From positions 9,398-73,397 of the forward strand of contig CAIVRH010000007.1 of NCBI GenBank assembly GCA_903908285.1: a stretch of DNA of 64,000 nucleotides. Reading direction: 5' to 3'. The stretch is from an uncultured candidate division Zixibacteria bacterium (lineage in GTDB: Bacteria; Zixibacteria; MSB-5A5; SM1-73). Numbering within the stretch: the first letter of the stretch is position 1; each line of letters opens with the position of its first letter. Shown here piece by piece: positions 17,555 through 24,229 of the stretch. The notes below the pieces were generated by a model that searched no databases, had not been told where the DNA came from, and saw only the letters and a list, made by a program, of their open reading frames with translations. The position numbers and the translations under genes are program-made.

Positions 17555-17908
17555 ATGGCTTTAGAAGCAACCAAAGGGACCAGCAGCGGCTTAGCGGATG
17601 TGATAGACAGAATTCTGGATAAGGGACTGGTCATCAATGCAGATATTATGGTGTCAGCGGCTGGGGTTGAGCTGTTAGGCATTAAGATAAGAGCGGCTTT
17701 GGCTTCGTTTGAAACCGCAGCCAAGTACGGTTTGGAATTTCCTTCGGGAACCAATTTCCAGACTGAGGCGTGGAAGGAAGCACGGATGATTAAAGAAAAT
17801 TGTCCGCATTGTGCGAAGAAGGTTGGCAAAGAACAGCTCATTACTACAGGCTGTCCTTGGTGTGGTTGGATAAGTGCCGAGGCAAAAGCGCAAACAGTCA
17901 CAGCCTAA
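17555..17908 (+). CDS. gvpJ: GvpJ (GvpA family) with C-terminal Cys4 zinc ribbon
   Basis: GLADVIDRILDKGLVI...AALASFETAAKYGLEFP, then CPHC-x13-CPWCGW. Confidence 0.85.
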   Translation: MALEATKGTSSGLADVIDRILDKGLVINADIMVSAAGVELLGIKIRAALASFETAAKYGLEFPSGTNFQTEAWKEARMIKENCPHCAKKVGKEQLITTGCPWCGWISAEAKAQTVTA

Positions 17909-18122
17909 TATATGCATCTGTGGTAACTCAAGAGAAGATTTATCCTGGAGATCGAAAAGGGATAAAGTGGTTTTCTAAACCATATCATATTCACTCTCAG
18001 GCAAGATGGATCAATAAAACCAATACCGGATAAAGCAAAGCTTTAAATTGCGCTGTAATCGATAAGGTTGCTTTGAAAAAATGTTATCGGATGGTCATAA
18101 ATTAAAAAATGGGGATCAAGCC

Positions 18123-18743
18123 ATGAAAAAGACTGGTAAAAACAAGAAAGTCAGCCATGGGGAAAGAACCGTGGAGTTTGACGAAACGATCAGGGAAACA
18201 GCAAAGGTAGAAAGAGAAGGGGAAGCCGAGGGAGTGGCTGAAGGTGTGCTCAAAAGTGCAGGCCAGATCATTCCGGGACTGGGTGGTTTGTTGAAAGGAC
18301 TGGAAAAATCACCGGCATTCCGGGAACGGCTGTCGAAGATCAACCAGGAAGTCGAGCGCCGGCTGAAAGAAACACCGCTAAAAAGAACTTCGGACAGAAA
18401 CCTCCATATGGATAGCGGTTATACCTCTAAAACCATGGTTTCCGAAGAGACCCCTTCTTTTGGAACCAGGGGGAGAAAACCAGAATCTTCCTTTAAGCCC
18501 GCTCCCAAAGAACCGATGGCGGATGTTTTTGATGAAAAGGATCATTGGAGAATAATTGTGGAACTTCCGGGAGTGGAGGAAAAGGATATAAAGACGAGCC
18601 TGGATAAGGATTTCCTGACCCTAAAGATTGATTCTCCGGGTTGGAAACCGGAAAAAAGGATAAATTTGCCTGGTGCTCCACAGGGTAAGATAAACCGAGT
18701 CTTCAGAAACGGCATTCTGGAAATTAAAGTGGGGAAGGATTGA
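18123..18743 (+). CDS. Hsp20/alpha-crystallin protein
   Basis: EPMADVFDE, VELPGVEE, FRNGILEIKV; start may be 18081. Confidence 0.85.
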   Translation: MKKTGKNKKVSHGERTVEFDETIRETAKVEREGEAEGVAEGVLKSAGQIIPGLGGLLKGLEKSPAFRERLSKINQEVERRLKETPLKRTSDRNLHMDSGYTSKTMVSEETPSFGTRGRKPESSFKPAPKEPMADVFDEKDHWRIIVELPGVEEKDIKTSLDKDFLTLKIDSPGWKPEKRINLPGAPQGKINRVFRNGILEIKVGKD

Positions 18744-18746
18744 GTC

Positions 18747-19076
18747 ATGATAGATATAGATGCGGACAATCTTAAACATGGTGTCTTGGGATTAGTCATG
18801 GCTTTGGTGGAAGTCATACGGGATACCTTGAAGATTCAGGCTTTCAAAAGGATGGAAGGGGGAAGTCTGAAGGAGGATGAGATTGAGAGACTGGGTGAGG
18901 CGCTTATGGATTTGGAAACCGCAATTGAACAGATAAAAGAAGAGCAGGGACTCAGTCAGACAGTTCAAAGCGTAAGAGACGGCTTGGATAACATAGTGGA
19001 CGACGTATTGGACAAGATGATAAATCCGGAAAGATGGAGAGAAGAAGCCGGGGAGAAACAAATAGAAAGGGTGTAA
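18747..19076 (+). CDS. gvpK: Gas vesicle protein GvpK
   Basis: GVLGLVMALVEVIRDTLKIQAFKRMEGGSLKEDEIERLGEALMDL. Confidence 0.92.
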   Translation: MIDIDADNLKHGVLGLVMALVEVIRDTLKIQAFKRMEGGSLKEDEIERLGEALMDLETAIEQIKEEQGLSQTVQSVRDGLDNIVDDVLDKMINPERWREEAGEKQIERV

Positions 19077-19090
19077 AGGAGGCTTTAAGT

Positions 19091-19921
19091 ATGTCGGATG
19101 ACAATAAACCAGGAGTTGTGTCAACCAATGACGTTAAAGTGGAAGGCGAGGATGAAGCCAGGTACCTCTACTGTGTGGCAGATAGCAGCGCCAAAGCAAA
19201 TCTGGGCAGGATTGGTTTGGATGGACAAGAAGTCTTTACCATACCCTTCGGTGATCTGTGCGCAGTAGTTCACGTTTGTCCATCTGCGCCATATAAATCT
19301 GATGATAACGAGGTAGTGAAAAGATGGGTGATGACCCACGAGAAGGTGGTGGAGGCGGCATGGGAGAGATTCGATACGATTCTCCCGGTTGGTTTCGATA
19401 CCATCATCAAAGGTGAAGAGGATATCACCCCGGAGGAGAATATAAGAAAATGGTTAGAACAAGATTATGCCGGTCTTAAAGAGAAGATGAACAAAACCAG
19501 AGGCAAAGCCGAATATGGGATTCAAGTTTTCTGGGATCCTGAGTTCATCGCAGGCGAAATAGCAAAAACCAATCAGGAGATCAGGGATATAAATCAGGAC
19601 ATAAATTCAAAGCCTAAGGGAATAGCTTATATGTTCAAGCATAAATTGGGAAATATATTAAAGAAGGAAATGGAGAAAAGAGCGGATCTTTGTTTTAAGG
19701 ATTTTTATGCCAGAATCAAAGAGTGCACGGACGAGATCAAGGTGGAGAAAACAAAAAAGGCAGACGAAGAAAAGCAAATGCTTATGAACCTGTCCTGCTT
19801 GATAGATCGAAAGAAATCCGGGGAATTGGGAGAGGAATTAGAGAAGATTAACAAGGAAGAAGGGTTCACCGTCCGCTTTACCGGACCCTGGCCCCCCTAT
19901 AGTTTTGTGGCTTTGGGTTGA
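19091..19921 (+). CDS. gvpL: GvpL/GvpF family protein
   Basis: RYLYCV, HEKVVE, LPVGFDTI, MLMNLSCL, FTGPWPPYSF; ATG 19091 follows AAGGAGG. Confidence 0.88.
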   Translation: MSDDNKPGVVSTNDVKVEGEDEARYLYCVADSSAKANLGRIGLDGQEVFTIPFGDLCAVVHVCPSAPYKSDDNEVVKRWVMTHEKVVEAAWERFDTILPVGFDTIIKGEEDITPEENIRKWLEQDYAGLKEKMNKTRGKAEYGIQVFWDPEFIAGEIAKTNQEIRDINQDINSKPKGIAYMFKHKLGNILKKEMEKRADLCFKDFYARIKECTDEIKVEKTKKADEEKQMLMNLSCLIDRKKSGELGEELEKINKEEGFTVRFTGPWPPYSFVALG

Positions 19922-20280
19922 ATCGAAAGGAGAATAAAGTGGAGCCGGTTCGAAACACGAATGCAACTTTGGTTGATCTGTTAGATCGAATTCTGGACAA
20001 AGGTCTGGTGATTTACGCGGATGTGATCGTCTCGATGGCGGGAATTCCTTTAATTGGAATTAATTTGAGAGCGGCTGTAGCCGGCATGGAGACCATGTTG
20101 AAATACGGAGTGATGGTGGATTGGGATGAGAAAGCCAGAGCCTGGGAGAAGGATAATAGAAGGGAAAAGAAAAGTGAGGTTTCTTCAATCGGAAGTAGAA
20201 AGGTGGTATTAAACAGAAGGAGTCAAGTTGCGAGGGAGAAAAACCGCTCTGAGATGAGGATAGATTGTCCGGAATCTTGA
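19918..20280 (+). CDS. Minor GvpA-family protein (GvpM/GvpS type)
   Basis: TLVDLLDRILDKGLVIYADVIVSMAGIPLIGINLRAAVAGMETMLKYG. Confidence 0.88.
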   Translation: MNRKENKVEPVRNTNATLVDLLDRILDKGLVIYADVIVSMAGIPLIGINLRAAVAGMETMLKYGVMVDWDEKARAWEKDNRREKKSEVSSIGSRKVVLNRRSQVAREKNRSEMRIDCPES

Positions 20281-20366
20281 TGTAAACTCAAGTTGGTTAT
20301 GAACCTACCCTTTCCTAAAGGGCGGACAGAAACCTTAACGTAGAATAGAAACCGAGGGTACGAAAG

Positions 20367-20777
20367 GTGCCTACTCCTAATGAAATAGAGATTTTAAGCA
20401 TAACCAAAGAAAATAAGGTGGTGGATAAGGTTTTAATCAGTCACCGAATGGAGATCAGCCTCGATTATGCAGCGCATTTGTTAAACTATTTAGTCGGGAA
20501 AAGTTTTTTGGAAGAAGTCCCGGCTAAGGGAGGTTTATGTAGGACTCTTCCAAGACATAAGCTCACCCGGATGGGGGCAATGGCTCTTCTTCAAAGACTT
20601 TATCATGTTGCAGGTCAATACGAGTCCGCAGCAAAAAGGACTCTTTATCTAAAGGATGTGGTGGATGAAAAGATCAAGGAAATGAGAGATTATATAAAAG
20701 AAGTGTTTCCGGAAAATCCGAAGTTCTCCACCGGATTCAAATTCGAAGATCCAAGCATACGAACGAGTCGACGATGA
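20367..20777 (+). CDS. Putative winged-helix protein with C-terminal helix
   Basis: EIEIL...ISHRMEISLDYAAHLLNYLVGKSFL...HKLTRMG resembles MarR/PadR wHTH spacing. Confidence 0.55.
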   Translation: MPTPNEIEILSITKENKVVDKVLISHRMEISLDYAAHLLNYLVGKSFLEEVPAKGGLCRTLPRHKLTRMGAMALLQRLYHVAGQYESAAKRTLYLKDVVDEKIKEMRDYIKEVFPENPKFSTGFKFEDPSIRTSRR

Positions 20778-20934
20778 AACCAATAAACAGTCGAATGTCG
20801 ATCTCCACACCCGTCCGATTTGAGGTAATAACCGGGAGCACTAGGTGGAAACAAAAGATGAAAAAAATATTTCCGACTGGATATGCTTTAAGGTTATTCC
20901 CTAAATTATATTAAAAAAAGATAAGGGGGAAACG

Positions 20935-21357
20935 ATGGAAGTGCATGAACAAGTCTCAAATCCATTCTTAGACGAAACCAAAGACAGAGAAGAGTGGGAA
21001 GTGAAAATCTACGCGGATTCTAAGCGGATGAAGAATTATCTATCCCAGACCTGCCCGGGAAAAAAGGAAGAAAAACCATTCCCGGAGGTACTGAACAAAA
21101 AGCTATATGAATATATAGAAAAAAGCTTTGGCTGGATAAGCAAGCAGGCTTTGGAGACTAAATTAAACAAAGTCCCACCTTTGAAGACACAAAGTATGAA
21201 GAAAGCTCTAATTCTAAAATCCACTTTCTTTGTTTCGAAAGACAGCAGAGATAATTTCACCAGAGTGGCCAAGTGTTTGGGTGAAGAATACAAAAGTAAG
21301 GGATTGGATTTTGAATGCATCGGACCTGAGCAGCCTAGTGATTTCTCAGAGAGTTGA
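20935..21357 (+). CDS. Degenerate C-terminal half of a GvpF/L protein
   Basis: REEWEVKIY...LILKSTFFV...GLDFECIGPEQPSDF (compare TGPWPPYSF). Confidence 0.65.
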   Translation: MEVHEQVSNPFLDETKDREEWEVKIYADSKRMKNYLSQTCPGKKEEKPFPEVLNKKLYEYIEKSFGWISKQALETKLNKVPPLKTQSMKKALILKSTFFVSKDSRDNFTRVAKCLGEEYKSKGLDFECIGPEQPSDFSES

Positions 21358-21388
21358 AAAGGTATTCAAAAGAAGGGGGAAAGTTCTT

Positions 21389-21874
21389 ATGAAAATCAAA
21401 AACAAAAAAGTCCCCGGGACGATAGCGATAATTATGTTAACCATCTGCTTCCTGGTTGCCCAGGATGTTCAAGAACCTCTGCCGGAAGTCAATTGCGTGC
21501 CCTCTCAGCTTCAAGAAACGGTAGACAGTCTTCAAAATGAATTATCCGCATACCAGGAGAGAGAGTCTATATTGTTAAAGCATGTAAATCACCAGGTGTA
21601 TACTATTACAGCTTATCTGCCGGTAGATTCTCAAGAGGGAAGATATTCCGGTGTAACTGCAACTGGCACCATAGCCAAACCCAATATCACCGTGGCAGTA
21701 GACCCGAAGGTGGTTCCATTTAATACCTGGGTTTGGATTGATGGTTTGGGATGGTGGAAGGCGGAAGATACCGGAAATTTGGTGAAAGGAAAAAAGATAG
21801 ACTTGTGTGTTTCCACCAGAGAAGTGGCTAACGAATTTGGAATACGAAAGATGAGAATAAAGATATTGAAATAG
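21389..21874 (+). CDS. 3D-domain (MltA-related) peptidoglycan-processing protein with signal/TM and coiled coil
   Basis: TITAY, TATG, VAVDPKVVPFNT, AEDTG, IDL (three-Asp motif); ATG 21389 follows a purine-rich SD. Confidence 0.88.
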   Translation: MKIKNKKVPGTIAIIMLTICFLVAQDVQEPLPEVNCVPSQLQETVDSLQNELSAYQERESILLKHVNHQVYTITAYLPVDSQEGRYSGVTATGTIAKPNITVAVDPKVVPFNTWVWIDGLGWWKAEDTGNLVKGKKIDLCVSTREVANEFGIRKMRIKILK

Positions 21875-21913
21875 CCCAAATTCTGGGTCCACAGGAAGAT
21901 CACTGAGTGAGGG

Positions 21914-22255
21914 ATGTATAAGGGATTATCATCATTAAAATTGAGCTTCCTCGAAGATTATTACCGAACTACACATTATCCCATCTATTACTACAAGGAA
22001 CTTAGGAAAATGTACAGAAAAGCAGGCATAGAAGGAGTCAATCTTCATACCCTTCGTCATACCTTCGCAAACAACCTAATAATGCAGGGAGTTGATCCGA
22101 GAACAGTCCGGGAATACCTCGGTCACTCCACCATCCAAGTCACCGAAAAATATTCCCACCTGTCGAAAAGCCACAAAAGGGAAGCCATAAAAGTGCTGAG
22201 TTTCATCTCAGAAGATGAAACAGAATTGAAACAAATTGCCAAAGCAGGATTGTAA
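21914..22255 (+). pseudogene. Tyrosine recombinase/integrase C-terminal fragment
   Basis: HTLRHTFA, LGHS, TEKY (H-x-x-R, H, Y catalytic residues); N-terminal domain and first catalytic Arg are absent. Confidence 0.85.
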
Positions 22256-22281
22256 GTTATTGGTAATCAACCAATAAAAAA

Positions 22282-22355
22282 AGCGGGAAACGGGATTCGA
22301 ACCCGCGACATTCACCTTGGCAAGGTGACGCTCTAGCCAACTGAGCTATTCCCGC
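22282..22355 (-). tRNA. tRNA-Gly(GCC), no encoded CCA
   Basis: GCGGGAATAGCTCAGTTGGCTAGAGCGTCACC-TTGCCAA-GGTGAATGTCGCGGGTTCGAATCCCGTTTCCCGCT. Confidence 0.97.
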
Positions 22356-22371
22356 GTTTTCAACCTAAGAA

Positions 22372-22399
22372 AATATATTCCCTGGTACAGCTTTGTCAA
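22372..22399 (-). promoter_or_regulatory. Sigma70 promoter for tRNA-Gly
   Basis: TTGACA-16 bp-TATATT on the minus strand. Confidence 0.6.
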
Positions 22400-22420
22400 T
22401 AAAAATTTATTCTTAAAACA

Positions 22421-22520
22421 AGGATTCAAGGGTTCAAGGATTCGAGGGTTCGAGTGATGATCCTCCATCAAAGGATGTTTGCTTTTTGTTTCACTAGACC
22501 CCTTGACCCCTGGAACCCTT
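22421..22520. repeat. Inverted arrays of 8-bp units between the tRNAs
   Basis: GGATTCAA GGGTTCAA GGATTCGA GGGTTCGA GTGA ... TCAC TAGACCCC TTGACCCC TGGAACCC. Confidence 0.75.
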
Positions 22521-22530
22521 AGAATTAAAC

Positions 22531-22604
22531 TAGCGGCGCAGGGATTCGAACCCCGGACACGAGGATTATGATTCCTCTGCTCTGACCAGCTGAGCTACGC
22601 CGCC
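22531..22604 (-). tRNA. tRNA with CAT anticodon, probably elongator Met, no encoded CCA
   Basis: GGCGGCGTAGCTCAGCTGGTCAGAGCAGAGGA-ATCATAA-TCCTCGTGTCCGGGGTTCGAATCCCTGCGCCGCTA; lacks initiator features. Confidence 0.92.
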
Positions 22605-22618
22605 ATCCAACTTTTCTA

Positions 22619-22647
22619 TCTATACGAAAAAGATAGGGTTTTGTCAA
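22619..22647 (-). promoter_or_regulatory. Sigma70 promoter for tRNA-Met
   Basis: TTGACA-17 bp-TATAGA on the minus strand. Confidence 0.55.
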
Positions 22648-22728
22648 GTTTAAGATCGGCATATTTAGATAAAACCAAAATTACGGATGACGAATGACGA
22701 ATGAATGATAACAAACGAAAACCAAACA

Positions 22729-24120
22729 TCATATTTGTACTTCATCCCCCAAGGCGGGGATGATAACATTTTGTATTCCCAATCCTTTTATCCCTTCAGC
22801 CAATGCCCGGGATTGCTCTTCTTCCCCGTGTACTATAAAAACACCCTGCAGGGTATCCTTGGTATTTTCCACATATTCCAAAAGCTCTTTTCTGTCCGCA
22901 TGGGCAGAGAAGGCGTCGAAAACTTCGACGCGAGCTTTAAGAGGATATTCCTCGCCGAATATCCTTACCTTCTTTTGCCGCTCGACTATCCTTCGTCCCA
23001 GGGTATCTTGCGCCATGAATCCGACTACCATTATGGTGTTATTGGGGTCCCCGATATTGTTTTTCAAATGGTGAAGAATTCTTCCGGACTCGCACATGCC
23101 CGAAGCTGAGATGATAATACACGGCCGATCGACTTGGCTCAGTTTTTTCGACTCATCCACATCTTTTATATAGGTGATATCTTTCCAGCCAAACGGATTT
23201 TCGTTTTGAGCTATCATCCGGCTGATCTCCTGGTCGAAACATTCCGGATGGAGTTTAAATATTTCAGTCACGTCCGTGGAAAGAGGGCTGTCCACAAATA
23301 TCGGTATATGCGGAATAATTCCCTGGTCTTGCAGCCGGTGCAGGTTATACACCACTTCCTGAGTGCGTCCCAAAGAGAAAGCGGGGATGATGATCTTGCC
23401 TTTTCGGGTAATGGTTTCGTTCACTACCCGAGCCAATTTGCTTTCCGTAGTTCGAGGATCCTCATGCAAACGGTTACCATAGGTGCTTTCGATGATCAGA
23501 TAATGGATGCCTTTGACCAATTCCGGGTCTTTCAATATGGGAAGGTTTTTTCTTCCCAAATCCACTATGTAACCCAACCTCAGATTCCTTCCGTTTTCCT
23601 TTATATCAAAAACAGGAAGCGCAGAACCGAGGATGTGCCCGGCATCATAAAAGGTGAGCTTGATGTCGGCGGCGACATAAAATCCCTTCAGGTACCCGAT
23701 CCCGCGGAACAAAGAAAGCGTTTCGTCCACATCTTCAGCGCTGTAAAGCGGCTCAATTGGCGGGAGCCCTCTTTGTTCTTCCTTTCTATTCAAATATTCC
23801 GCATCCTTTTTTTGTATGTGGGCGGTGTCCTTGAGCATGACCAAGCATAGGTCCCGGGTGGCGAAGGTGGAGTAAATGCTGTTTTCATAACCCTGCTTTA
23901 CCAAATTGGGGAGATTACCGGAATGATCGATATGGGCGTGGGACAGTACTACCCGTTCGATAATTTTCGGATCGAACGGGAAAGTCTTATTCCTTTGGTT
24001 GGATTCTTCCCTCTTCCCCTGGAAAAGCCCGCAGTCTATCAAAATCCTATGCCCGTTAGATTCGATTAAGTGCATGGAGCCGGTTACCGATCTGGCGGCG
24101 CCCAAAAACTTTATTTTCAA
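22729..24120 (-). CDS. MBL-fold beta-CASP RNA-metabolising hydrolase
   Basis: VTGSMH, DCGLFQG, SHAHIDHSG, AGHILGS, ESTYG, SAHAD, VHGE; TTG 24120 follows AGGAGG. Confidence 0.93.
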   Translation of the reverse strand: MKIKFLGAARSVTGSMHLIESNGHRILIDCGLFQGKREESNQRNKTFPFDPKIIERVVLSHAHIDHSGNLPNLVKQGYENSIYSTFATRDLCLVMLKDTAHIQKKDAEYLNRKEEQRGLPPIEPLYSAEDVDETLSLFRGIGYLKGFYVAADIKLTFYDAGHILGSALPVFDIKENGRNLRLGYIVDLGRKNLPILKDPELVKGIHYLIIESTYGNRLHEDPRTTESKLARVVNETITRKGKIIIPAFSLGRTQEVVYNLHRLQDQGIIPHIPIFVDSPLSTDVTEIFKLHPECFDQEISRMIAQNENPFGWKDITYIKDVDESKKLSQVDRPCIIISASGMCESGRILHHLKNNIGDPNNTIMVVGFMAQDTLGRRIVERQKKVRIFGEEYPLKARVEVFDAFSAHADRKELLEYVENTKDTLQGVFIVHGEEEQSRALAEGIKGLGIQNVIIPALGDEVQI

Positions 24121-24229
24121 AATTCCTCCTTTTTGACACTTCCACAAACCCATGTACCTTATGGGCCAGGGGTCCAGGGACCGGAGTCCGGTAATTTTAA
24201 GAAATTTCGTTGTTTCTCTGGGAAGGAGA

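Larger units (their letters stand above)
1..22281. mobile_element. Putative genomic island / decayed integrative element abutting tRNA-Gly 3' end (left boundary outside window)
   Basis: Truncated tyrosine integrase ends 26 bp from the tRNA-Gly 3' end; phage-like small ORFs, an IS remnant and a pseudogene lie on the left; housekeeping genes begin right after the tRNAs. No second att copy seen in the window. Confidence 0.6.
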
